Of a DNA stretch of 61,180 bases, positions 39,055 to 48,632 are shown one piece after another. The position numbers and the translations under genes were made by a program. Within the stretch, counting starts at the first letter, position 1. Each line of letters opens with the position of its first letter. Under the pieces are notes generated by a model that worked only from the letters and a program-made list of their open reading frames with translations, made no database searches and was not told where the DNA came from. This DNA is from Burkholderiales bacterium. Lineage in GTDB: Bacteria > Pseudomonadota > Gammaproteobacteria > Burkholderiales > Casimicrobiaceae. The stretch lies in contig JACMNN010000029.1 in the NCBI GenBank assembly GCA_014378555.1, forward strand, positions 1 to 61,180. The letters run 5' to 3'.

Positions 39055-39846
39055 TCAATAGGAACCAGAATCGTTGTCCGATACCTTCGCCGCGCGCATT
39101 TTGCTGACGATTTGTTGCGCTCCTGCCGCCATCAATCGCGCGTCCGAGCTGACCGTTACAAATTGAAAGCCTTTGGCGATTCGTTTCAGTGCGGCTTCGG
39201 GGGTACCGTTGTGAATACCTGCCACTACGCCGTGTGCTTTGGCTCGCGCCAGAATGTGGTCGATCGCCTCGGCAGCTCTGGGCTCAACGTCGTCGAAGGT
39301 GGGTGTGCATCCGAGCGCGAGCGACAAGTCGGACGGGCCAATGTAGATCGCGTCGAGCCCTTCCACGGAAAGGATTTCATCCAAGTTGTCGAGCGCCTTG
39401 GCGGTCTCGATCATGGCGAAGGTGACGATGGTTTCATTAGCGTGAACGGGGTAATCGGCGCCGCTGTAAAGCACCGCGCGCACTGGGCCAAAACTTCGCG
39501 TACCCTTCGGTGCGTAGTGCGTCCAGGCGACCAGATTTTGCGCGTCTTCTCGGGTGTTGACCATCGGGCAGATAACGCCGTAGGCCCCTGCATCTAACGT
39601 CTTCATCAGAATGCCCGGCTCGAGCCACGGCACGCGCACTACGGGGACCGTATTGGTGGTTGAAATGGCCTGCAACATTGGCACCATGGCCTGGTAATCG
39701 ATCATGCCGTGCTGCAAATCAATGGTGAGGGTATCCCAGCCCTGATGCGCCATGGTTTCAGCCGAAAAACTGTTGGGGATGGACAGCCAGCCGTTGACGG
39801 CAGCACCTCCCGATTTCCAAAGTGTGCGCAGGCGGTTTTCTCTCAT
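39055..39846 (-). CDS. HpcH/HpaI-family class II aldolase
   Basis: IDLQHG, VRVPW, LDAGAYGVICP, MIET, YIGPSDL. Confidence 0.9.
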   Translation of the reverse strand: MRENRLRTLWKSGGAAVNGWLSIPNSFSAETMAHQGWDTLTIDLQHGMIDYQAMVPMLQAISTTNTVPVVRVPWLEPGILMKTLDAGAYGVICPMVNTREDAQNLVAWTHYAPKGTRSFGPVRAVLYSGADYPVHANETIVTFAMIETAKALDNLDEILSVEGLDAIYIGPSDLSLALGCTPTFDDVEPRAAEAIDHILARAKAHGVVAGIHNGTPEAALKRIAKGFQFVTVSSDARLMAAGAQQIVSKMRAAKVSDNDSGSY

Positions 39847-39968
39847 GATGCTCTTTCTATTCAATTCGGACTAGGCGTTTATTGTGCGTGTTCAAGCTTG
39901 CGCACTACCGACTTTAAGCCGGCATTGATTGCGCATTGTGTCGGTTTAACGTTCCCTGACGGACAATA

Positions 39969-40925
39969 TTAGTCAGCAGTGATTTTTCCGACTTCTATCA
40001 CACGTTTCCAGCGGGCAAATTCACTGGCTTGAAAAGCCGTAAATTGTTCGGGCGTATTGGCGACGATTTCAAAGCCGAGATCCAGCAGCTTCGGCTTGAT
40101 CACAGGATCGTTCAGCGCAGCAACAATCGCTTGATGCAACTTGCCTTTTATATCGGCTGGCAGGCCTTTAGGCACTGCCACTGCCTGCCAGGAGTACACG
40201 GTCACGCCCGTAATGCCCAACTCTTCCATCGACGGCACGTCGGGTAGCAGCGGCGAGCGTTTGGCGCTGGTGATGGCAAGCGCGCGCAGTTTGCCAGCCT
40301 TGATGTTGGGGATGCCGGTGTTGATGTTCATGAAGGTCGCATCGACCTGGCCACCCAGCAGGTCGGCCATCGCCGGTGCGCCGCCTTTGTAGGGGACGTG
40401 GACGCCGGAGGTGCCGGTCAGTTGCCAGAACAATTCCGCCGTAAGATGGTCACTGGTGCCATTGCCGGCTGAAGCAAACGTCATCTTGGCAGGATTGGCC
40501 TTGTGGAACGCGAGGACGTCGGCAAAGCTTTTATGCGGGGAATTTGCCGGCACGGCCAACACATTGGGCGCCTGCACCGCCACCGTGATGTAGTCGAAGT
40601 CTTTCAGTGCATCGTACCCCGCGTTTTTGGTCAGGTGCGGCGCGATGACAAAAGGGCCGAGCGATGAGACAAATATCGTGTAGCCGTCTGGTGCGGCACG
40701 TTTTGCGAACGCCGCGCCCAATGTTCCACCGGCTCCGGCACGGTTCTCGACGATGAACGTAGTGCCGAATTTCTCGGTGAGCTTCGGCACCAGCGTTCGC
40801 GCGATCATGTCGGACGAACCGCCCGGCGAAAAAGGTACGATCAGCGTGACCGGCTTGTCAGGCCATGCCGCAATCGCGGACGTCATCGTCAACGAAGCGC
40901 CAATGGTGCAGATTATTTTTTTCAC
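39969..40925 (-). CDS. Bug/TctC-family periplasmic binding protein
   Basis: PFSPGGSSD, ENRAGAGG, APDGYT, HVPYKGG. GTG start with a GAGGG RBS. Confidence 0.92.
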   Translation of the reverse strand: MKKIICTIGASLTMTSAIAAWPDKPVTLIVPFSPGGSSDMIARTLVPKLTEKFGTTFIVENRAGAGGTLGAAFAKRAAPDGYTIFVSSLGPFVIAPHLTKNAGYDALKDFDYITVAVQAPNVLAVPANSPHKSFADVLAFHKANPAKMTFASAGNGTSDHLTAELFWQLTGTSGVHVPYKGGAPAMADLLGGQVDATFMNINTGIPNIKAGKLRALAITSAKRSPLLPDVPSMEELGITGVTVYSWQAVAVPKGLPADIKGKLHQAIVAALNDPVIKPKLLDLGFEIVANTPEQFTAFQASEFARWKRVIEVGKITAD

Positions 40926-41083
40926 AGCGTTGTTTCCCTCAGGTTGAATCAATCATTGCGTGGCTGCCTCGCCGCAGTTTTAGCGATCGAGATTGACTGC
41001 AGACCAAGGCGGTGATCAGTGGTTCACTGCGAAGCCATGGAACGGGTTGCGAAGGGACAGATTTATGACCGACTCCGAACTCA

Positions 41084-41097
41084 TGGTAGCGCTGTCA
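41084..41097. promoter_or_regulatory. LacI-type operator upstream of the Bug gene
   Basis: TGGTAGCGCTGTCA palindrome with a central CG. Confidence 0.65.
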
Positions 41098-41287
41098 ATT
41101 GTTTAGCCGGCGATGGTATCGCGGCCCATTTATGTCGTCAAGTCGTGGTCAGTTTGGGCGCAACCGAATTGACTGATGTCGCTCTCCCCGCACGTCGGAG
41201 CGATTAGACAATAACCCAAATCTAGGCCCAACTCTGCTGACAAGCCCCGACCCTATTTATGAACTCGTCCGCCCCGGCGCTGCCCTA

Positions 41288-41428
41288 AGGATACGCAGGT
41301 TAATGTCATCCTGCGCGGCGAAGGATCAGTTCGCATGCGAGGACGGTTGCAAGTTATGGAAATCATTGCAAGTCGCATGTTCCATCGCTTTTCGCTCAGG
41401 ATGACAAGCGGAAAAATCCGTGTTTTCC
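41288..41428. mobile_element. MITE-like element (copy 3)
   Basis: TA|AGGATACGCAGGTT ... AATCCGTGTTTTCC|TA, with the REP doublet core. Confidence 0.78.
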
Positions 41429-41556
41429 TAGACGTGCCCATTGCCGTTTGCAACCGCTGGCTTGCCGTCCGATTCGGCAACCTAGCCCGCGGACGCTGTG
41501 AGCTACGCTGCAGCGCAGTATTTTTACGCCGTCATCGCGCTAACACTCAGTTAAAA

Positions 41557-41570
41557 TGCTAGCGCTACCA
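41557..41570. promoter_or_regulatory. LacI-type operator upstream of garD
   Basis: TGCTAGCGCTACCA, ending 24 bp before the ATG. Confidence 0.65.
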
Positions 41571-41593
41571 GTCACTTAATCGTAGGAGATTTA

Positions 41594-43186
41594 ATGTCCG
41601 ACACGCCCGCAAAAACGCCCGCCGCAGCCATCACCATCAGCATGCATCAGCACGACAACGTGGCAATCGTTGGCAACAACGGCGGTCTGGCTGCGGGAAC
41701 AATGTTGCCGTCCGGGCTGGTGCTGCGCGAACGCGTGCCACAGGGTCACAAAGTCGCGCTAGTTGATTTGGCCGCCGGCGCGCCGGTGCTGCGCTACGGC
41801 ATTGCCATTGGTTACGCAGTCAAGGACATTGCGGCCGGCAGTTGGGTGCATGAGCAACTGCTCAACATGCCCGCCGCGCGCGGACTCGACAACCTGCCGA
41901 TCGCCACCGTCAAGCTGGCGCCATCGGCACCGCTTGAAGGCTACACCTTCGAAGGCTTCCGCAACGCTGACGGCTCAGTCGGTACGCGAAATATTTTGGC
42001 CATCACGCAGACCGTGCAGTGTGTCGCCGCGGTCACCGACTTTGCTGTGCAGCGAATCAAAGCCGAACTGCTACCCAAATTTCACAATGTCGACGACGTG
42101 GTCGCGCTCGAGCACGGCTACGGCTGCGGTGTTGCCATCGATGCTCCGGGCGCCGAAATACCCATCCGCACGCTGCGCAACATTAGCCTGAATCCTAATT
42201 TTGGCGGCGAGGTTATGTTGGTCAGTCTTGGTTGCGAAAAGCTGCAACCAGAGCGGTTGATGCCGCCGGGCAGCATTGCAATTCATGATCAACGCAACAC
42301 GACAGACGGGCTGGCGAGCACCGAGCTTGACGTGGTCTGCCTGCAAGACGATGCGCATGTGGGCTTTATGTCGATGGTTGAATCGATCATGCGCCAGGCT
42401 GAGCGGCATCTCGAACGACTCAACGCGCGGGTTCGCGAAACGGTGCCTGCCAGCGAGCTGGTGGTCGGCGTGCAATGCGGCGGCAGTGACGCGTTTTCCG
42501 GGGTGACGGCCAATCCAGCGGTCGGGTTTTGTACTGACCTATTGGTGCGCGCAGGGGCCAGCGTGATGTTCTCTGAGACCACCGAGGTTCGCGACGGCAT
42601 CGACCAGCTCACCGCGCGGGCCAGCACGCCTGAAGTCGCAGAAGCGATGATTCGCGAGATGGCCTGGTACGACGCTTATCTCAATCGCGGCGGCGCAGAC
42701 CGCAGTGCTAACACCACGCCCGGCAACAAAAAAGGCGGTCTCTCCAATATCGTCGAAAAAGCGATGGGCTCCATCATCAAGTCCGGCACGTCACCAATCT
42801 CTGGCGTGCTCGCACCCGGTGAAAAGCTCAAACAAAAAGGGCTCACCTATGCGGCTACACCCGCAAGCGATTTCATCTGCGGTACCTTGCAATTAGCCGC
42901 AGGCATGAATCTGCACGTATTCACCACCGGGCGCGGCACGCCGTACGGATTGGCCGCCGTGCCAGTCATCAAGGTGGCCACCCGCAGCGATCTCGCGCGG
43001 CGCTGGCACGACTTGATGGACATTAACGCGGGCGTCATCGCCGATGGCTCAGCCACGATCGAGCAAGTGGGCTGGGACATGTTTCGCCTGATGTTAGAGG
43101 TCGCCAGTGGCCGTAAAAAAACGTGGGCTGAACACTGGAAACTGCACAACGCGCTGGTGCTGTTTAACCCCGCGCCGATAACCTGA
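41594..43186 (+). CDS. garD: Galactarate dehydratase (UxaA family)
   Basis: SAF domain PQGHKVAL; [47 protein letters not shown]. Confidence 0.88.
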   Translation: MSDTPAKTPAAAITISMHQHDNVAIVGNNGGLAAGTMLPSGLVLRERVPQGHKVALVDLAAGAPVLRYGIAIGYAVKDIAAGSWVHEQLLNMPAARGLDNLPIATVKLAPSAPLEGYTFEGFRNADGSVGTRNILAITQTVQCVAAVTDFAVQRIKAELLPKFHNVDDVVALEHGYGCGVAIDAPGAEIPIRTLRNISLNPNFGGEVMLVSLGCEKLQPERLMPPGSIAIHDQRNTTDGLASTELDVVCLQDDAHVGFMSMVESIMRQAERHLERLNARVRETVPASELVVGVQCGGSDAFSGVTANPAVGFCTDLLVRAGASVMFSETTEVRDGIDQLTARASTPEVAEAMIREMAWYDAYLNRGGADRSANTTPGNKKGGLSNIVEKAMGSIIKSGTSPISGVLAPGEKLKQKGLTYAATPASDFICGTLQLAAGMNLHVFTTGRGTPYGLAAVPVIKVATRSDLARRWHDLMDINAGVIADGSATIEQVGWDMFRLMLEVASGRKKTWAEHWKLHNALVLFNPAPIT

Positions 43187-43239
43187 TTGAACGTTGCGTT
43201 CACGTCACCACAATCACTTTCACCCATCGAAAACACGCC

Positions 43240-44016
43240 ATGATCAGACCCAACACCTTTAAATCTGCACTGGTCGCAAAGCAAACCCAGCTTGGGCTGT
43301 GGTGCTGCATCGCTGACGCCTACACCAACGAAATTCTCGCCGGCTCGGGATATGACTGGCTTACGCTCGACATGGAGCATTCGCCAAACGACGCGCGCTC
43401 GGTGCTGGCGCAGTTGCAAATGCTCGACGGCTACGGCGTGGAGGCCGTGGTGCGCTTCCCGAAGTTCGACAGCGATGTGGTGAAGTTGTATCTTGATCTC
43501 GGCGTGCGCACGCTGGTGTTTCCAAACGTCGAAACCGCTGATCAAGCCAAGGCCATCGTCGCGGCGACCCGCTATCCACCGCGCGGCATTCGCGGCGTGG
43601 CGGGATTGCAACGCGCCAACCGTTGGGGTCGCGTCAAAAATTATCACGCCAATGCCGAGACCGACCTGTGCATCGTCGCGCAGATTGAGTCCACCACCGC
43701 CGTCAAAAACGCACCCGCGATTGCCGCCGTAGACGGCATTGATGGCCTGTTTGTGGGTCCATCCGATCTCGCGGCGAGCATGGGCTTTATGGGCAATCCG
43801 CTCGCCCCGGAAGTGCAGCAGCAGATAGAGGCAGCAAAGACGTTGATTCTTGCCAGCGGCAAATGGGCGGGTATTCTCGCGCGCGGCGCGAGCGACGCCG
43901 AAACCTACGCCAAGATGGGCTACACCATGATCGGCCTGGGCTCGGATCAAGGTTTGCTGGCCAAGGCGAGCGACGAGTTGGTGGCGCAAGTTAGGGGCAC
44001 GCTGGCGCGTGTTTAA
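43240..44016 (+). CDS. HpcH/GarL-like 2-keto-3-deoxy-sugar-acid aldolase
   Basis: DWLTLDMEHSPN, RYPPRGIRGV, AQIES, FVGPSDL. Confidence 0.88.
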   Translation: MIRPNTFKSALVAKQTQLGLWCCIADAYTNEILAGSGYDWLTLDMEHSPNDARSVLAQLQMLDGYGVEAVVRFPKFDSDVVKLYLDLGVRTLVFPNVETADQAKAIVAATRYPPRGIRGVAGLQRANRWGRVKNYHANAETDLCIVAQIESTTAVKNAPAIAAVDGIDGLFVGPSDLAASMGFMGNPLAPEVQQQIEAAKTLILASGKWAGILARGASDAETYAKMGYTMIGLGSDQGLLAKASDELVAQVRGTLARV

Positions 44017-44110
44017 ATAATAACGGGATACAGCTTTCGGCTGCAACCCATATTGATACAGAGAAATTTCAATATTAAGTTGATAGTCGACTACCCGCAT
44101 AAATTAGCTA

Positions 44111-44278
44111 AGACCCAATTCAAACGCGGATTACAGCAGAAAGCTGACCTGATCGAATTGTCATCCTGAGCGTAGTCGAAGGATCACGTCGCCTGCAACG
44201 ATTGCAAAGATTTGCAACCGCATTCACGCAGCGGCTGATTCTTCGCGTTGCTCAGGATGACGCGAGTTGAGTTGGCGC
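44111..44278. mobile_element. Variant miniature element: same REP doublet core (44159-44261) with different terminal repeats
   Basis: TGTCATCCTGAGCGTAGTCGAAGGATC...GATTCTTCGCGTTGCTCAGGATGAC; ends AGACCCAATTCAA / TTGAGTTGGCGC. Confidence 0.6.
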
Positions 44279-44344
44279 TGCCCGAAACGCCGACCGGAAC
44301 CATCACCCGCACCAAATCGTAAAGTTTGCGGATGCAATAACGCA

Positions 44345-44358
44345 TCAGAGCGCTGACA
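44345..44358. promoter_or_regulatory. Weaker LacI-type operator upstream of the IlvD/Edd dehydratase
   Basis: TCAGAGCGCTGACA. Confidence 0.4.
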
Positions 44359-44404
44359 ACGACTACATTCCTCACTCAAGCTATTGCCGAGAAGCAAACC
44401 CATC

Positions 44405-46147
44405 ATGTCCCAAGACGACTCAAAAAAACCCACCGCCACTGGCATGCAAAAAGGCCTCACCAGTTACGGTGATCAGGGCTTCTCGCTGTTTCTGCGCAAG
44501 GCCTTCATCAAAGGTGCCGGGTTTACCGACAAGGCCTTGGATCGCCCGGTGATCGGCATCGCCAACACCGGCAGCGCCTACAACCCGTGTCACGGCAACG
44601 CGCCGCAATTGATCGAAGCGGTGAAACGCGGCGTGATGCTCGCCGGCGGCCTGCCCATGGACTTTCCAACCATCTCCGTTCACGAGAGTTTCGCTGCGCC
44701 AACCAGCATGTATCTGCGTAATTTGATGTCGATGGACACCGAGGAGATGATTCGCGCGCAGCCGATGGACGCGGTGGTGTTGATTGGCGGTTGCGACAAA
44801 ACGGTGCCTGCGCAATTGATGGGGGCGGCCTCTGCCGGCATACCGGCCATTCAACTGATTACCGGCTCGATGTTGACCGGATCGCATCGCGGCGAACGGG
44901 TTGGCGCCTGCACTGATTGCCGTCGCTATTGGGCGAAGTTTCGGGCGGATGAAATTGACGCAGAAGAAGTCGCTGCTGTGAACAACCAGCTGGTCGCCAG
45001 TGTCGGCACCTGCTCGGTCATGGGCACCGCCAGCACCATGGCCTGCATCGCCGAGGCGCTCGGCATGACCGTGCCCGGTGGCGCCTCGCCACCGGCGGTG
45101 ACAGCCGACCGCATTCGCGTCGCCGAAGAGACCGGCGCGCGCGCCGTGCAGATGGCGCATGACCGATTGACCATCGACAAAATCCTCACGCCCGATGCGT
45201 TTGAGAATGCTATGCGCGTGTTGCTCGCCATCGGCGGCTCAACCAACGGCATCGTGCATCTCGCAGCGATTGCCGGTCGCGTCGGTCTTGACATCGATCT
45301 GCATGCGCTCGACCGCATGGGCCGCGAAACCCCGGTACTGCTCGATCTCAAGCCTTCCGGCCAGCACTACATGGAAGATTTTCATCACGCCGGTGGCATG
45401 GCCACACTGCTGCGCGAACTCAAACCACTGCTCAAGCTCAACGCGATGACGGTCACCGGCCGTACGCTGGGCGAGGAACTGGCGGCTGCCGGTCCCGGCT
45501 TCAAACAGGATGTGGTGCGTCCGTTCGACCAACCCATTTATCCGCAAGGTGGCATCGCTGTACTGCACGGCAATCTCGCCCCGGGCGGCGCGATCATCAA
45601 GCAATCAGCAGCCGACCCGAAGCTCATGGAACACGAGGGCCGCGCGGTGGTGTTCGAAAACGCGCAAGACCTCGCTGCGCGAATTGATGCGCCCGATCTC
45701 GACGTCAACGCTGACGACATTCTGGTGCTAAAAAACATCGGCCCCAAGGGCGCGCCTGGCATGCCGGAGGCAGGCTACATTCCGATTCCGATGAAGCTCG
45801 CGCGGGCGGGCGTAAAGGATATGGTGCGCATTTCCGATGGCCGCATGAGCGGCACCGGTTACGGCACGATCGTGCTGCACGTTACGCCGGAAGCCGCCAT
45901 TGGCGGGCCGTTCGCGCAGGTTCGCAGTGGCGACCGAATTCGCTTGAGCGTGAAAAATCGCGAAATCAGTTTGCTGGTATCGGATCAAGAATTGGCGCAA
46001 CGTTCACGCGATAACGTCATTGTCGAACCGACGGCGAAGCGCGGTTACTTGAAGTTGTTTTTGCAAACTGTCACGCAGGCAGATCAGGGCGTTGATTTTG
46101 ATTTTTTGCGCGCGCCTGACACACATGGCAAGACACCCAAAAATTAG
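44405..46147 (+). CDS. IlvD/Edd-family [Fe-S] dehydratase, probably acting on a sugar acid
   Basis: NPCH, GGCDKT, GTCSVMGTASTM, GGSTN, GPKGAPGMPE, SDGRMSGT. Confidence 0.9.
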   Translation: MSQDDSKKPTATGMQKGLTSYGDQGFSLFLRKAFIKGAGFTDKALDRPVIGIANTGSAYNPCHGNAPQLIEAVKRGVMLAGGLPMDFPTISVHESFAAPTSMYLRNLMSMDTEEMIRAQPMDAVVLIGGCDKTVPAQLMGAASAGIPAIQLITGSMLTGSHRGERVGACTDCRRYWAKFRADEIDAEEVAAVNNQLVASVGTCSVMGTASTMACIAEALGMTVPGGASPPAVTADRIRVAEETGARAVQMAHDRLTIDKILTPDAFENAMRVLLAIGGSTNGIVHLAAIAGRVGLDIDLHALDRMGRETPVLLDLKPSGQHYMEDFHHAGGMATLLRELKPLLKLNAMTVTGRTLGEELAAAGPGFKQDVVRPFDQPIYPQGGIAVLHGNLAPGGAIIKQSAADPKLMEHEGRAVVFENAQDLAARIDAPDLDVNADDILVLKNIGPKGAPGMPEAGYIPIPMKLARAGVKDMVRISDGRMSGTGYGTIVLHVTPEAAIGGPFAQVRSGDRIRLSVKNREISLLVSDQELAQRSRDNVIVEPTAKRGYLKLFLQTVTQADQGVDFDFLRAPDTHGKTPKN

Positions 46148-46248
46148 GCAGCATGTAACTCATCGGCGTAAAAAAGTGACCGACGTCAACATCATTACGT
46201 CGGTTGCGCCGTATTCTCGCGGCATTATTTAAAAGAGGCGCTAACGTC

Positions 46249-47061
46249 ATGTCCAACATTTCTCGCAGAACCGCGCTCAAAGCGCTCGGCACGGGCGGCG
46301 CGATCAGTGCTGCCGCGCTCAGCGGTTGCGCTACGGTCAGCGCAAACCACGCGCCGGGCAACGCAACTGCGATGCCGTTTAACGTTGCAGCAACCACCAT
46401 CCCCATCCACGGCAGCGCGGAAGTGTTTCCGGTGCGACGTATCTATTGCATTGGCCGCAACTACGCGGCGCACGCGCGTGAAATGGGCTCGGACCCGACG
46501 CGTGAACCGCCATTCTTTTTTCAGAAACCAACAGACGCGATTCAGTACGTCGCACCGGGGCAAACGGTAAATCACCCGTATCCGCCGCTGACCAAAAATT
46601 ACCACTACGAAATCGAGCTGGTCGCCGCGCTTAAAAGCGGTGGTCGCAACATTTCGATCGACGATGCCCTGAAGCATGTGTACGGTTACGCGCTCGGACT
46701 CGACATGACACGGCGCGATTTGCAACGAGCGATGGGCGACGAGAAAAAACCGTGGGAAATCGGCAAGAGCTTCGACCAATCTGCGCCCATTGGGCCGATC
46801 CATCGCGTTGGCACGGTCGAGCATTTCAGCCAAGGACGCATCCAGTTGTTGGTCAACGGCGTGGTCAAACAAAACGCTGATTTAAATCAGATGATCTGGA
46901 GCGTCGCCGAGCAAATTAGTCGGCTCTCCGCTGCGTTCGAATTGATGGCCGGTGACATCATTTATTCCGGTACGCCGGAGAACGTCGGCCCGGTGGTGCG
47001 GGGGGACGTGATGGTCGGCAAACTCGCAGGTTTGCCGGACATTAGCGTGAAGGTGGTCTAG
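46249..47061 (+). CDS. Fumarylacetoacetate hydrolase-family protein with a Tat signal and lipobox
   Basis: SRRTALK...LSGC; RIYCIGRNY, FFQKP, HYEIEL, DMTRRDLQ, GKSFD, SGTP. Confidence 0.88.
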   Translation: MSNISRRTALKALGTGGAISAAALSGCATVSANHAPGNATAMPFNVAATTIPIHGSAEVFPVRRIYCIGRNYAAHAREMGSDPTREPPFFFQKPTDAIQYVAPGQTVNHPYPPLTKNYHYEIELVAALKSGGRNISIDDALKHVYGYALGLDMTRRDLQRAMGDEKKPWEIGKSFDQSAPIGPIHRVGTVEHFSQGRIQLLVNGVVKQNADLNQMIWSVAEQISRLSAAFELMAGDIIYSGTPENVGPVVRGDVMVGKLAGLPDISVKVV

Positions 47062-47147
47062 GCGCCGGGTAACGTAACGGCTTTACGCTGCAAGCCCAGT
47101 CCAACTGAGGCTTAGCAGCTTAAACAGTCAGTTACCGCCTTCAGCAA

Positions 47148-48140
47148 TCAGGTTTTCAACGCCAAACCGAGCCGCTCGATAACCGCCTTTTCTTTCACGA
47201 ACTGATCGGCGATGAACTTGGTGTAATCGGCCGTGTTCATGTAGATCACCGACTGATCGTACTTCTCGAACGACGCGAGCACTGCCGGGTCTTCCAGCGT
47301 TTTCTTGAACGCGTCGTGCAGGCGTTTGGTCAGTGCGGGATCCATGCCTTTCGGTGCGCCAATGCCGAACGGTGAATCCGAAACGGTCTCGTATCCCAAC
47401 TCGTTCAAGGTCGGCACATTCGGCCACCGTTTCGCGCGTTTGCTGCCGTAGGTGGCAAGCAAGCGGAACGCGCCCGCGTCCACCTGCGGGCCCCACCCTG
47501 TGGAATCGCTGTGCGACGTCACGTGTCCGCCAAGCAGCGCTTGCACGCCTTCTGCCGCGCCTTTGAACGGAATGTGGGTAAGTTTGATGCCTGCTTTTGA
47601 CGCAAACTCCTCGACCGCCAAATGCGGCGTGGTGCCCGTACCCGGTGAACCATAGGTAAATTTTTCCGGGTTCGCTTTGGCGAACTCCACCAGATCCTTG
47701 ATGCTCTTGATCGGCGAATCGGTGCGCACCACGATGCCGAATGTGTAGCCGGTTAAACAGGCGATGTAGGTGAAGTCTTTGAGCGGATCGAACTGCATTT
47801 TCTGCATGTGCGGCAAGCGCGCCACGCCGATGGTTAACTGCGACAGGGTGTAGCCGTCAGGAGCAGCCTTAATCAGCTCATTGGGCCCGAGCATGCCGCT
47901 CGCACCCGGCTTGTTTTCTACCACCACCGAGCCGCCGAGAATTTTGCCCACACTATCGCCCAGCGCGCGCATCACCGCATCGGTCGCGCCGCCTGCCGGC
48001 CACGGACAAATCATCCGAATCGGCTTCGCAGGAAACGCCTGCGCGCTGGCAACACTGGGCAAGGCCGACGTGGCGGATGCAACAGCCACCGCGATGGTCG
48101 CCTGCACGAATTCGCGCCGTGCCGAATTAACTTCACTCAT
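47148..48140 (-). CDS. Bug/TctC-family binding protein with a Tat signal
   Basis: ARREFV, PWPAGGATD, APDGYT, HIPFKG. Confidence 0.9.
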   Translation of the reverse strand: MSEVNSARREFVQATIAVAVASATSALPSVASAQAFPAKPIRMICPWPAGGATDAVMRALGDSVGKILGGSVVVENKPGASGMLGPNELIKAAPDGYTLSQLTIGVARLPHMQKMQFDPLKDFTYIACLTGYTFGIVVRTDSPIKSIKDLVEFAKANPEKFTYGSPGTGTTPHLAVEEFASKAGIKLTHIPFKGAAEGVQALLGGHVTSHSDSTGWGPQVDAGAFRLLATYGSKRAKRWPNVPTLNELGYETVSDSPFGIGAPKGMDPALTKRLHDAFKKTLEDPAVLASFEKYDQSVIYMNTADYTKFIADQFVKEKAVIERLGLALKT

Positions 48141-48337
48141 CAGAACATCCTTTTTTTGATGCCTCATGCTGCGGGAGGCGGTTGAATACATCGAAGTGCA
48201 GAACTGTAGGCGAGAGCCCAGTCAGCGTCAATACTCCAAATCCGAAATGCAAAGGGGGATACGGCAATCGTCAACGGGCGCGCAACCCGCTGCCGTGAAC
48301 ATTGGATCGACCTAGACGCGCAGCCTGAGCCTCGACC

Positions 48338-48364
48338 GTCGGAACCGCAAGCGTTCCGACCTAC
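48338..48364 (-). repeat. GTAG-type REP
   Basis: Minus strand reads GTAG-GTCGGAAC-GCTTGCG-GTTCCGAC, a perfect 8-bp stem. Confidence 0.7.
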
Positions 48365-48371
48365 TCGGCTA

Positions 48372-48525
48372 TGGAAACACAGATTTAATCGCCACCCCGG
48401 CGAAGGCCGGGGCCCACGCCCGTGGCGAGTCATTGAGCATGCAGCAAGCGTGGATACCGGCCCACTGCCACCCCGGTGCAGACCGGGGCGGTACGGCGGG
48501 AAATTTGAATTATTCCGCGTTCCCC
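48372..48525. mobile_element. MITE-like element with the same TIR shell but a different (CGTC-type) REP cargo
   Basis: TA|TGGAAACACAGATT ... ATTCCGCGTTCCCC|TA; cargo CGCCACCCCGGCGAAGGCCGGGGCCCA...TGGATACCGGCC. Confidence 0.65.
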
Positions 48526-48632
48526 TATCGCGCGTGGCACGTGCTGCGTTTCAAAAACCGAGGATGTGTTCGTCACCCTGGCAATGGCCGGAGCGGAAAC
48601 ACGAAACGGTGACTGAACGCGTGTTGCTCGAA

